Below, one piece after another: positions 49,632-58,747 of a DNA stretch of 64,000 nucleotides (positions within the stretch are counted from its first letter, which is position 1; each line of letters opens with the position of its first letter). The stretch is from positions 5,529 through 69,528 of the forward strand of contig JALHQL010000001.1 of assembly GCA_022841985.1 (NCBI GenBank), written 5' to 3'. This DNA is from Minisyncoccota bacterium (lineage in GTDB: Bacteria > Patescibacteriota > Minisyncoccia > Phycocordibacterales > Phycocordibacteraceae). Both the position numbers and the translations under genes were made by a program. The notes below the pieces were generated by a model. It had not been told where the DNA came from and searched no databases. It saw only the letters and a list, made by a program, of their open reading frames with translations.

Positions 49632-50276
49632 TTATTCCTTTGCAACTTCTGCTGTCTCTGTATCCTCCTTACCCTTCTTCTCAACTTCGATTGAGGCGAT
49701 ATCTGCCGATGCGGCCACCTCTTCTTTTTCCTCGACGACCTCTTGAGCAAGAGCGATGACTTCTTCTGGTTCGACAGCAAGCTCTATACCTGCAGGAAGT
49801 ACCACATCTTTCGCATAAATACGGTCGTTAATAGCCGCGAGCGCGGACAAATCAATTGTAATGGTATGGGGAAGATTCATTGGATCTGCCTTCACCTCAA
49901 GCTCGTGGAGCACCTTCACAAGGTTCGCACCCGATTTCACTGCTGGGGATTCGCCAATAAATGCCAATGGAATAGCAACCTGCACCTTCTTGCCTTTGGT
50001 CACTGCATAAAAATCAACATGGCGCGGCTGATTCGTTAAAGGATCGAGATCAACTTCGTGGATAAGTGTTGGAAGCGGCGCACCGAGGCCAGAAAGAGAG
50101 ACGATGGTCGCCTCACCTGCTTCGCGTAAAACCTTCTCAAAAGCACGTGTCGACACGGTAATTGGCGTGGACTCCTTGTGGGCTCCATAGACAACTGCCG
50201 GGATGAATCCGGTACGACGAAGTACCGGTACCGAAGCACTTGTTTTTTCGCGTTTCTCTACCGAAAGCGTAAGCAT
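49632..50276 (-). CDS. rplY: 50S ribosomal protein L25/Ctc
   Basis: GFIPAVVYG, HVDFY, acidic tail; start taken at MLTLSV. Confidence 0.93.
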   Translation of the reverse strand: MLTLSVEKREKTSASVPVLRRTGFIPAVVYGAHKESTPITVSTRAFEKVLREAGEATIVSLSGLGAPLPTLIHEVDLDPLTNQPRHVDFYAVTKGKKVQVAIPLAFIGESPAVKSGANLVKVLHELEVKADPMNLPHTITIDLSALAAINDRIYAKDVVLPAGIELAVEPEEVIALAQEVVEEKEEVAASADIASIEVEKKGKEDTETAEVAKE

Positions 50277-50314
50277 GATGGCTTGAATATACGGGAAAGC
50301 CCGAAGAAATGCAA

Positions 50315-51307
50315 TCAGCCGAGCGCGGCAGAGACTTTTGAAAGACGACCAAGGAAAGCTGTGCGAGCTGCGAGAACATTCTCCTCCTTCCCTCCCCAGA
50401 GCGAAAGCGCCTCTTCTTGGAGAGCGCGCGCATACGAAAAGGTGAGTGGCCATGGAGCATGGACTTCCTTCGCCCGACGAGTTATTGCTGCAAGATTCGC
50501 CGTCGCCTCGTCCGATGTCTGCCCGCCTGAAAGAAAGACGATGCCCGCCACTTTTCGCGGAACACTTTGCATAAGCGCGGCAATTGTATCTTCTGCGACC
50601 TCCTCCGGAGTATCCTTTTTCCCACTCTCGCTCCCCGAGAGCGCCATGGATGTTTTTAAGATGACACTCGTGAGATCAACCGAATGCTCCTCAAGCACCG
50701 AAAAGAGCGTGCCAAGCACCTCTTCGATGACTGCGCGGGAACGCGCACGGCTGTGCTTCCCCTCAAGTAGTACCTCGGGCTCTATAATTGGTACGAGACC
50801 TGCCGTCTGCACCTCCTTTGCATACTGCGCGAGACGTTTTGCATTTTCGTGAATGGCTGCAGCAGTTGGTAACTGATCGCCATCAATACGAACAACCGCA
50901 CGCCATTTAGTAAAGACGGCACCCTGCTTCTTATACTCCGCGAGCCGCTCAGGCAAATCGAGGAGACCTTGTGTGATGAGCTCTTGCGGGCTTGTGCTGA
51001 TAGGTTCGGTGCCAAGATCGACTTTCACACCCGGTAAAATGCCTCGTGCTGCAAGTGATTCAGGAAATAATTTTTTATCATTCCCTTTTTCGAGCATTGT
51101 TTCCGAAAAAAGAATGACGCCAGAGAGATACTGCTCGACGCCTTCGGTTCCCATAAAAAGATCGCGATACTGACGGCGCATTTCAGCACTCGTAGGAATA
51201 CCGTAGGAAGCAAGGCGCGCGGTCGCGCTATGCACGCTTTCATCTGCAGCAAGAACTCCTTTACCAGGAGTAAAAAGTGCACGAGCAATCAACGCAAGGT
51301 CTGTCAT
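50315..51307 (-). CDS. Fructose-bisphosphate aldolase class I
   Basis: GKGVLAADES, KWRAV, PIIEPEV, FLSGGQ, FSYARALQ; start taken at MTDLA. Confidence 0.93.
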   Translation of the reverse strand: MTDLALIARALFTPGKGVLAADESVHSATARLASYGIPTSAEMRRQYRDLFMGTEGVEQYLSGVILFSETMLEKGNDKKLFPESLAARGILPGVKVDLGTEPISTSPQELITQGLLDLPERLAEYKKQGAVFTKWRAVVRIDGDQLPTAAAIHENAKRLAQYAKEVQTAGLVPIIEPEVLLEGKHSRARSRAVIEEVLGTLFSVLEEHSVDLTSVILKTSMALSGSESGKKDTPEEVAEDTIAALMQSVPRKVAGIVFLSGGQTSDEATANLAAITRRAKEVHAPWPLTFSYARALQEEALSLWGGKEENVLAARTAFLGRLSKVSAALG

Positions 51308-51360
51308 GACTACATCATACCATGTACGCCACGTGGAACATGGTATACTTACACTCAAGT

Positions 51361-52344
51361 ATGGATTTCATCGCTATTGGTGACACTGCGGTTGACGAAT
51401 TTATTAAACTCAAAGAAGCGCGCGTCAATTGCGATATCAATAATCAGGATTGCACCATCTCAATGAAATGGGGCGATAAGATTCCCTATGAATTTTCCGT
51501 GCTTGTGCCAGGCGTAGGGAATGCGGCAAACGCCGCAGTTGCAGCCGCACGTCTCGGTCTCTCCTCTGGATTCGTTTCTAATGTTGGCAATGATCGCTAT
51601 GGTGAAGAAACCCTCGCCGCCTTCAAAAAGGAGGGTGTCGATACGACGTATATCGCCGTCAACGACGGTATGCCGACAAATCATCACTATGTGCTTTGGT
51701 ATGAAGCCGAGCGCACTATCCTCATCCGACACGAAGCGTATCCCTATGTCATTCCGAAAAAATTTGTACCCCCGAGATGGATATATCTTTCCTCTGCTGG
51801 CGAACGCTCGGAGGCGTTCCATGGTGAACTCGCCGCATGGCTTGTTGCCCATCCGGAGACAAAGCTCGCTTTCCAGCCTGGTACGTTCCAAATGTCTATG
51901 GGTAAAGAAAAGCTTGCGCCGCTGTACGCTGCCACCGAACTCGTCGCTTGTAACAAAGAGGAAGCGGAGCGCATTCTTGGAATCGGTGAGACGAACATCA
52001 AAGAACTTCTCGAAAAGATGCGCGCCCTTGGTCCGAAAATCGCACTCATCACCGACGGTCCAAACGGCGCATACGCGTTTGACGGTACCGAGATGCTTAA
52101 AATTACTATGTATCCTGATCAGAAACCACCTGTAGACCGTACCGGTGCCGGAGATGCAACAACCTCAACTGTTGTCGTCGCACTCGCACAGGGCTTGCCT
52201 CTACGGGAAGCGCTTCTCTGGGGACCAGTGAACTCTATGTCGGTGGTACAAGAAATCGGTGCGCAAAAAGGCCTCCTCACGCGAGAAAAGCTCGAAGAAT
52301 ATCTTAAGAACGCCCCCGCGGATTATCGCGTAGAATCGCTATAG
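51361..52344 (+). CDS. PfkB-family carbohydrate kinase
   Basis: GNAANAAVAAARLG, DRTGAGDA; start taken at MDFIA. Confidence 0.9.
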   Translation: MDFIAIGDTAVDEFIKLKEARVNCDINNQDCTISMKWGDKIPYEFSVLVPGVGNAANAAVAAARLGLSSGFVSNVGNDRYGEETLAAFKKEGVDTTYIAVNDGMPTNHHYVLWYEAERTILIRHEAYPYVIPKKFVPPRWIYLSSAGERSEAFHGELAAWLVAHPETKLAFQPGTFQMSMGKEKLAPLYAATELVACNKEEAERILGIGETNIKELLEKMRALGPKIALITDGPNGAYAFDGTEMLKITMYPDQKPPVDRTGAGDATTSTVVVALAQGLPLREALLWGPVNSMSVVQEIGAQKGLLTREKLEEYLKNAPADYRVESL

Positions 52345-52357
52345 AGACAGTTGATTT

Positions 52358-53350
52358 CTATCCTATACTTTTACTAAGCTCTCGCGCTGCTGTCTGAATG
52401 TGGAGAGTATCGAGTCCGTAATGTTCGAGAAGTTGATCTGGTTCGCCTGATTGGCCAAATACATCCAATACGCCGAGTAGCCGCATTGGCATCGGATGAT
52501 GCTGTGAAAGAAACTCAGCAATAGCACTACCAAAACCACCTGCTGCTTGATGTTCCTCAACCGTGACAACACCGTCGACACTCCGCACTGCATCAAGCAC
52601 CGCCCCCTCATCGAGCGGCTTTACCGTAGGCACATGGAGCACAAGCGAATCAATGCCACTCTCGGAGAGTGCCCGGGCCGCCATGAGCGCCGTATAGCTC
52701 AAAGAACCTGTTGAGAGAATTGCCACTTTGGGACTCTCTGATTTCCAAAGCATCATTGCCTTCCCGATTGTAAAAGGCGTGTCGCTTGTCGTGAAGATCG
52801 GCGTCGCGGTACGGCTAAAACGAATATAGACTGGCCCGTCCGTCTGCGCCGCAGCAAGAACAGCCTTGCGTGCTTCTTCTGCATCTCCAGGTGCAAGTAC
52901 CGTCATCCCAGGAAGCATTCGCATCAGACCAATATCTTCAAGCATTTGATGTGTTGCGCCGTCGGGACCAACCGAGACACCTGCATGCATGCCGCATATC
53001 TTGACCGGCATATGATTGAGGGCGATTGTTGTTCGAATCTGTTCATAATTGCGACCGGGATTAAATGCTGCGTAGCTAGTAATGAATGGGATCTTGCCCG
53101 CAGCCGCCATACCAGCGGCTACCGTAGCCATGTTTTGCTCGGCGACACCCATCTCGACAAAACGTTCCGGAAATTCTTTTTGAAACCATTCGGCGCGAGT
53201 GCTTTCAGAGAGATCGGCACAGAGCACAACAACACGCGGATCATTTTTACCCGCTTCAACAGAACCTTTCCCAAAGCCGTCGCGCGTCGATGCTTTCTCG
53301 ATATCATCTGCAAATATTTTTGCAGAAAGTTTTGCGTCAGAATTAAGCAT
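52358..53350 (-). CDS. Transketolase, C-terminal subunit
   Basis: GVAEQN, GPDGATHQ, VTVEEH; start taken at MLNSD. Confidence 0.92.
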   Translation of the reverse strand: MLNSDAKLSAKIFADDIEKASTRDGFGKGSVEAGKNDPRVVVLCADLSESTRAEWFQKEFPERFVEMGVAEQNMATVAAGMAAAGKIPFITSYAAFNPGRNYEQIRTTIALNHMPVKICGMHAGVSVGPDGATHQMLEDIGLMRMLPGMTVLAPGDAEEARKAVLAAAQTDGPVYIRFSRTATPIFTTSDTPFTIGKAMMLWKSESPKVAILSTGSLSYTALMAARALSESGIDSLVLHVPTVKPLDEGAVLDAVRSVDGVVTVEEHQAAGGFGSAIAEFLSQHHPMPMRLLGVLDVFGQSGEPDQLLEHYGLDTLHIQTAARELSKSIG

Positions 53351-54203
53351 ATTCGTGGAGAACTTTACCACTCATCGTGCGAATCTCTTTCAGAAATCGC
53401 TTTCCTTCTTCCTTGGAAGGCGGCTTGCCGTGCCAGCGATAATCGAACTCGATTTCTGGAACGCCCTTTCCGGGAATGGTGTGTGCAATGATAAGTACTG
53501 GCTTCTCATAAATCGCTTTTGCTTCATCGACTGCAGAGATAAACGCACGTACGTCGTTCCCATTCACTTCAAGTACGTGCCAATTGAATGCGCGGTACTT
53601 GTCCGCGATCGGCTCAAGCGGCATGATGTCTTCAGTCATGCCGTCAATCTGAATATTATTACGGTCCATAACCGCAATAAGGTTTGAGAGTTTGTATTTC
53701 CCGGCAAACATGGCTGCTTCCCAGATATTTCCTTCCTCTTGCTCCCCATCGCTCATGAGGCAATAGACGCGCTGCTTTTTATCATCCATGCGGAATGCAT
53801 ACGCCATTCCAGCGGCTTGGGAAAGACCTTCACCAAGCGGGCCCGAAGTGGTTTCAAGCCCCGGTAAATGCAACCGCTCGGGGTGTCCTTGAAGCCGACT
53901 ACCAAACTTCCGAAGCGTGAGGCATTCTTCAATCGAAAAATAACCGCTATGCGCCAGTGCGGCATAGAGCACCGGACAAATATGACCATTGGAAAGAACG
54001 AGACGGTCACGTTCTTCCCAACTTGGCAACTTTGGATTGTGATTAAGAATATGAAAATAAAAGGCCGTGAATACATCCGCCATACCCAAGGGGCCGGCCG
54101 TGTGGCCAGACTTTGCCTCGACAAGCATCTGGATTACTGTCTCGCGAATTGCTTCGGCTTTTGTCTCAAGTGTACGCACCTGTTCATCATCGAGTGACAT
54201 CAT
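53343..54203 (-). CDS. Transketolase, N-terminal subunit
   Basis: SGH, LSNGH, LQGHP, SDGE...RNN ThDP motif. Confidence 0.93.
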   Translation of the reverse strand: MMSLDDEQVRTLETKAEAIRETVIQMLVEAKSGHTAGPLGMADVFTAFYFHILNHNPKLPSWEERDRLVLSNGHICPVLYAALAHSGYFSIEECLTLRKFGSRLQGHPERLHLPGLETTSGPLGEGLSQAAGMAYAFRMDDKKQRVYCLMSDGEQEEGNIWEAAMFAGKYKLSNLIAVMDRNNIQIDGMTEDIMPLEPIADKYRAFNWHVLEVNGNDVRAFISAVDEAKAIYEKPVLIIAHTIPGKGVPEIEFDYRWHGKPPSKEEGKRFLKEIRTMSGKVLHEYA

Positions 54204-54209
54204 GTTGGA

Positions 54210-54908
54210 TTATACCCTAAAAGGAGTCTGGATTTCTTGAAACGCTACAAAGGCTGCAGAAGGATCGCTGACACGCAAAATACCTGAGCCTACAATAAGA
54301 TCTGAAACACCAAGTTCAAGAAGTGATTTTGCACTCTGAAGAGAGACCCCACCGTCCACTTGCATCGGGACTTCTGGATGATGAGCATGGAATGCACGAA
54401 TTTTTTCTAGAACACGTGAATCGAAGACCTCTCCTTGTTTGCCGATAGATGCGATCCCCATGAACTGCACATATTGTATTTCTCTTAGGTAGGACTCTAA
54501 AAGAGAGAGGTCGCTCGCGATGTTAATCGCACAACCAAAAGAGATAAAATTACCATATCGACCTCGAAGGGTTTTGATGAGACGCGATAAGTCGATGGCA
54601 CTTTCGACATGGAAGGTAAGGCGCGTCGCACCTAGTGTGAGCCAGGTGCTAGCCGCTTGTTCCATATCGAGACACATGAGATCAATCTCATACGAGATGC
54701 GATCGAGTGCCGGCAACATATAGTTTTGCTCGACCAAAGTTTGAAATTCTTTGGGAGAAGAGTAAGGCCAAGAAACGGGGGTGGCAAAATGTCTGTCGAC
54801 AACATCAATCTGTATCCGAGAAACCGAAGGGATGCGCTCTAGCAACGCAAGCTTCTCGTCAAGATCTTCGTGCGAGGATGGAAGTATGGCTGGAACAATG
54901 AGACTCAT
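54210..54908 (-). CDS. rpe: Ribulose-phosphate 3-epimerase
   Basis: IVPAIL, QIDVVD, TFHVE, GKQG, VDGGV, VGS. Confidence 0.85.
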   Translation of the reverse strand: MSLIVPAILPSSHEDLDEKLALLERIPSVSRIQIDVVDRHFATPVSWPYSSPKEFQTLVEQNYMLPALDRISYEIDLMCLDMEQAASTWLTLGATRLTFHVESAIDLSRLIKTLRGRYGNFISFGCAINIASDLSLLESYLREIQYVQFMGIASIGKQGEVFDSRVLEKIRAFHAHHPEVPMQVDGGVSLQSAKSLLELGVSDLIVGSGILRVSDPSAAFVAFQEIQTPFRV

Positions 54909-54911
54909 ACA

Positions 54912-55397
54912 TCAAAACTTTGCGAGACGCCGCTGATGCCGCTCATCGCGAGAAAATTCAGTTTCAAGAAATATCCGAACGGCTTCATCGGCCTCATTCC
55001 TTGAGACAAAACGCGCACCGATAGAAAGGACGTTTGCATCGTTGTGTCGACGAGGAAGTCGCACCACATCGTATTCATCTTCAGAATGACCGCCCTCGAT
55101 ATCGAGTGGTTCCTTCACTTTCATTTCGCCATAAAAAACAGCTGCGCGAATGCCGCGTACGCGATTCGCGCACATAGCTTCGCCTTGCCCACTACCGCCA
55201 ATGACGATGCCGCGGCTTCCCGGCTCGCTTATAACTCGCTTTGCAAGCGGAGTCACAAAATCTGGATAATCATCTTCTGGATCGAGGGAGAGGGCGCCTA
55301 AATCTTCGATTGCATACCCGAGGGTACGAACATACTCGACAAGTGCATTCTTGAGCGCAAACCCTGCATGATCAGAAGCGATAAATATTTTAGGCAT
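54912..55397 (-). CDS. rpiB: Ribose-5-phosphate isomerase B
   Basis: ASDHAG, DDYPD, GGSGQGE, HNDANVL, RHQRR; start taken at MPKIF. Confidence 0.93.
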   Translation of the reverse strand: MPKIFIASDHAGFALKNALVEYVRTLGYAIEDLGALSLDPEDDYPDFVTPLAKRVISEPGSRGIVIGGSGQGEAMCANRVRGIRAAVFYGEMKVKEPLDIEGGHSEDEYDVVRLPRRHNDANVLSIGARFVSRNEADEAVRIFLETEFSRDERHQRRLAKF

Positions 55398-56397
55398 TGG
55401 CGGCTGCGATACAATGACGGACGAGTGATTCCGTATATCCCATTTCATTATCGTACCAAGCAAGCACCTTTACGAGTGTTCCATCGACGACGCGTGTCAT
55501 TCCAAGATCTGCAATAGACGCATAGGGTTGACCGACAATATCGCTCGAGACAAGTTCTTCATCAGTTGTCGTAAAGATACCTTCCCAATGCGACTTCGAG
55601 GCGGCGGCGCGCAAAATGTCATTTACTTCCTCCTTGGTCGTCGAGCGCTTCGCGATAAAAGTAATGTCAGCAATTGATCCTGCTGGCACTGGAACGCGTA
55701 GCGAGATACCGTCAAATTTTCCTTTGAGCGGTTCATATGCTTGTGCGACCGCTATCGCGGCACCTGTCGAAGTCGGCACAATATTTTGTGCTGCGGCTCT
55801 TCCCTCTTTCATGTCCTTTTTTGACGGACCATCGACAAGTGATTGACTTGCGGTGTATGCGTGTGTCGTCGAAAGTACCGCTTTCTCGATACCGATGGCT
55901 TCATCAAGAATAGAGATAACCGGGCTTGCTGAATTTGTCGTGCAGGATGCATTGCTGGTTATCTGGCAGGTCGCAAGTTTTTTTTCATTTAGACCCATAA
56001 GCACTGTTGCCCCAAGAAGCGACTCATTCTTTACGGGTGCCGTAATAACAACGCGCTTTGCGCCTGCAACAATATGCACATTTGCTTTTTCATAGTCTGT
56101 AAAAAATCCAGTCGATTCAATGACAACATCTATTGCCAGATCTTTCCACGGCAATTGCGTAGGATCTTTTTCTGAAAAAAATTTCACCTCTTTCCCATAA
56201 ATAAGAAGTGCTCCATTTTTTGCTTCGACAGCAAATGGTGCACGACCATATACCGTGTCGTACTTGAGAAGATATGCGAGATTTTCAAGCGAGCCGAGAT
56301 CATTCACGGCAACAATATCGATACCGCGCTTATGCGAACGGCGAACAAATGCGCGCCCAATACGACCGAAACCATTGATAGCGACACGAATAGCCAT
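55390..56397 (-). CDS. gap: Glyceraldehyde-3-phosphate dehydrogenase (type I)
   Basis: INGFGRIGR, NASCTTN, WYDNE. Confidence 0.97.
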   Translation of the reverse strand: MAIRVAINGFGRIGRAFVRRSHKRGIDIVAVNDLGSLENLAYLLKYDTVYGRAPFAVEAKNGALLIYGKEVKFFSEKDPTQLPWKDLAIDVVIESTGFFTDYEKANVHIVAGAKRVVITAPVKNESLLGATVLMGLNEKKLATCQITSNASCTTNSASPVISILDEAIGIEKAVLSTTHAYTASQSLVDGPSKKDMKEGRAAAQNIVPTSTGAAIAVAQAYEPLKGKFDGISLRVPVPAGSIADITFIAKRSTTKEEVNDILRAAASKSHWEGIFTTTDEELVSSDIVGQPYASIADLGMTRVVDGTLVKVLAWYDNEMGYTESLVRHCIAAANA

Positions 56398-56561
56398 AGG
56401 AAAAATTAAGAATGATGAATTAAAGAAAGCGGGACATCGGAATTATACACTATCCCTACCCTCACAATGCCCTCTTCGCCTGATTACAGATCTTGGTACA
56501 GGATACTGAATTAGCCCAAATCGACTTTCAGCCGTCGCAAGTGACGAAAGCGGCAACGTAG

Positions 56562-56633
56562 TGCCCCCTCCAGGAGTCGAACCTGAATCAGCTCGTTAGG
56601 AGTGAGCCGTTCTATCCATTGAACTAAAGGGGC
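56562..56633 (-). tRNA. tRNA-Arg(CCU)
   Basis: Acceptor GCCCCTT/AGGGGGC, loop CTCCTAA, T-loop TTCGACT. Confidence 0.92.
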
Positions 56634-56638
56634 CGAAA

Positions 56639-56881
56639 TTATGCGGTAATGCCAAGGGAAGACACGAGCCTTTCCTTATCAAAACCGACAATCATCTCAT
56701 CGCCCACGAAGATAACCGGAACACCCATCTGTCCTGACTTCTGTATCATCTCTTGACGCTTTGCAAGGTCGCGAGCAACATCGAATTCAGTATAGCCGAT
56801 ACCTTTTTCTTTAAGAAAATCCTTGGTCATCTGGCAGAAATGGCAGGTTGGCGTACTGTAAATGGTGATGGTTTTATTCAT
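56639..56881 (-). CDS. Glutaredoxin-like NrdH-redoxin
   Basis: IYSTPTCHFC, GQMGVPVI, VGFD; start taken at MNKTI. Confidence 0.92.
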   Translation of the reverse strand: MNKTITIYSTPTCHFCQMTKDFLKEKGIGYTEFDVARDLAKRQEMIQKSGQMGVPVIFVGDEMIVGFDKERLVSSLGITA

Positions 56882-56917
56882 GTATGAGAAGTTATGTGAT
56901 GAGTATAGCACGTAAGG

Positions 56918-56926
56918 TTATCCACA
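56918..56926 (+). promoter_or_regulatory. Consensus DnaA box
   Basis: TTATCCACA in the intergenic region upstream of the NrdH-redoxin gene. Confidence 0.45.
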
Positions 56927-56937
56927 GAAATAAACGG

Positions 56938-57008
56938 TGCGGAATGGGAGAATCGAACTCCCGCCCGTTGCTTGGGAAGCAACTGTTCTACCACTAAACC
57001 AATTCCGC
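56938..57008 (-). tRNA. tRNA-Gly(CCC)
   Basis: Acceptor GCGGAAT/ATTCCGC, GTTGC-TTCCCAA-GCAAC, GGGAG-TTCGATT-CTCCC. Confidence 0.95.
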
Positions 57009-57010
57009 AG

Positions 57011-57349
57011 TTAGAACCAGCTCAACATTCGCTGCCACCAGGACGGTGTCGTCGTCGGAGCCTTAAGCTCGGGCGGCACCACCACGATAACCTCTTCTCC
57101 CGGCCGCGCAACCCCGAAGGCCGTCCGGATAGCTGCGTCCTGCCCACGGGCAGTAGCAAGCGCGGTAAGATTTGCTTGAAGCAGAGTCTTGCGCCCTTCA
57201 AGGGCTTCATATTGTCGCTTCGCCTCGTGGGCTTCCAACACTGCAACATGTGCTTTCCTGGCAAGTCCCCAGATAAGCGACGCAAGCCAGAATATGGTAA
57301 GCAAAAGAATACCAACGAGAATTCCTTGTCGCCACTGCTTCGCGTGCAT
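57011..57349 (-). CDS. Septum formation initiator FtsB/DivIC-like protein
   Basis: TM plus coiled coil plus RTAFGVARPGEEVIVV motif. Confidence 0.75.
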   Translation of the reverse strand: MHAKQWRQGILVGILLLTIFWLASLIWGLARKAHVAVLEAHEAKRQYEALEGRKTLLQANLTALATARGQDAAIRTAFGVARPGEEVIVVVPPELKAPTTTPSWWQRMLSWF

Positions 57350-57434
57350 ACGCCCAGTATACGATTTTTTTATTGATACTCCAATGAAATTGTTCTAAGA
57401 AAGGCCCTAAAATAACGACGACCAGCTAGGCCCA

Positions 57435-57761
57435 CTAGCTGGTCGTTCTCTGCACAAAATCTATCTCGTCCCGTATTTTTTGAAGGTCTCTAAGTACTTG
57501 ATGAATCTTCTCATCAATTCCTTTCATTTTCTGGAGTACTTGTTCCCATTTCACGCTATTCTCCTTAGAAACAGGCACACGGATATCCTTCGGATCAAAT
57601 GGTACTCCCAAAATTGAGATTGTCTCTTGTTGACACGAAAACTTCTCGTCATAAAGAGCCTGAAGAAGTTTTCTTTTCTCGCAAAGAATATCCTCATGAT
57701 TACCAAACTCTAGCCGTGTTACTTTTTTTCCCGATACACGACCTGAATTATTTTCTCTCAA
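57435..57761 (-). CDS. Hypothetical coiled-coil protein
   Basis: Open frame; TTG start at 57761, 7 nt after SD GGGAGGT; has its own promoter. Confidence 0.55.
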   Translation of the reverse strand: MRENNSGRVSGKKVTRLEFGNHEDILCEKRKLLQALYDEKFSCQQETISILGVPFDPKDIRVPVSKENSVKWEQVLQKMKGIDEKIHQVLRDLQKIRDEIDFVQRTTS

Positions 57762-57806
57762 GATACTTACCTCCCTTCTAGAAAGTTCAAATAATGCCTG
57801 CAAAAC

Positions 57807-57840
57807 AGTTTACTACCAAGCGAGCCGAGTAACAAGTGAA
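57807..57840 (-). promoter_or_regulatory. Promoter repeat copy 1 (TTGTTA-17-TAAACT)
   Basis: 28/34 identical to 58703-58736. Confidence 0.7.
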
Positions 57841-57931
57841 TGTCCTCACTCATTTGTTCGAGGCGAACGCAGGGAGCAAAGCCTCTTTACTCTAATAGGG
57901 CACGTTTAGCAATAAGAAATAATGTAAAGAT

Positions 57932-57959
57932 CAGCCGACTGGTTTCCACCAGCCGGCTG
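57932..57959 (-). terminator. Hairpin, possible terminator after the 224-aa ORF
   Basis: CAGCCGACTGGT/ACCAGCCGGCTG stem; weak U tract. Confidence 0.4.
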
Positions 57960-57987
57960 TATGCACCTCCAATGTGCTTGTTCAAAG

Positions 57988-58662
57988 CTATGCCAGAACT
58001 CGATTCACACTTCCAGATATCCTCCCTATCGGCCTTAAGAAGGCCGGATCGATTTCTGGCTTCTTCCTGATTGAAAATTTTATTGCGGTTTCGAGCCTTG
58101 CAATCCGCCTGAGAAGGAACGCGTGCTTGCTTTTATTTTTTTCAGGGACCCAAGTGCAACCGCCTGCCTTCATTTCAAGAGCCTCGCACTCGTTCTGAAG
58201 CTTAGATATCTCCTTTTTGAGCAAAAGAAGATTTTGTTCTTCGCGAGAGAGTACGCGCTCGGCAGGAAACACTCTGACACTCTTGTTGGCTATAACTGCT
58301 TTTTTTCTTCGCGGACGCGGCCTTCCGATTTTTACATACCTCTCGAAAGACCAGCTCTCGACCACTAACGAGTAAAGCCACGGGGTTGTCCGTTTCCAGC
58401 GATCATTCTCACCACCTGGGAAATCCCTTTCTCTTCTTTCGTCATGCGGCCAGAACTTCCCGACTTCATCCCAATTTGTTTTCGCTTTGATGCGAATCAT
58501 CTCATTCTGGTTTTTGTCAGGATTATCACAAAACATCGTATGCCGACAAAGTACGAAACCAAATGGGATACCCCCTTTCTTTTTTACAAGCTCTACAAGA
58601 GCTATGAATTGCACACGATATCCCTCATCGAGCGCCTCTCGCCATAAAGTCCTGGCGAACAT
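57988..58662 (-). CDS. Hypothetical basic protein
   Basis: 224 aa, ATG with SD AAGGAGG; no recognised motif. Confidence 0.65.
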   Translation of the reverse strand: MFARTLWREALDEGYRVQFIALVELVKKKGGIPFGFVLCRHTMFCDNPDKNQNEMIRIKAKTNWDEVGKFWPHDERRERDFPGGENDRWKRTTPWLYSLVVESWSFERYVKIGRPRPRRKKAVIANKSVRVFPAERVLSREEQNLLLLKKEISKLQNECEALEMKAGGCTWVPEKNKSKHAFLLRRIARLETAIKFSIRKKPEIDPAFLRPIGRISGSVNRVLA

Positions 58663-58702
58663 CGTACCTCCTTTTTAGAATGTACAAAGACTCCTGAGGG
58701 TA

Positions 58703-58736
58703 AGTTTACTTCCAAGCGAAGCGAACGACAAGTGAA
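58703..58736 (-). promoter_or_regulatory. Promoter repeat copy 2 (TTGTCG-17-TAAACT)
   Basis: 28/34 identical to 57807-57840. Confidence 0.7.
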
Positions 58737-58747
58737 GGAAGAAAACT

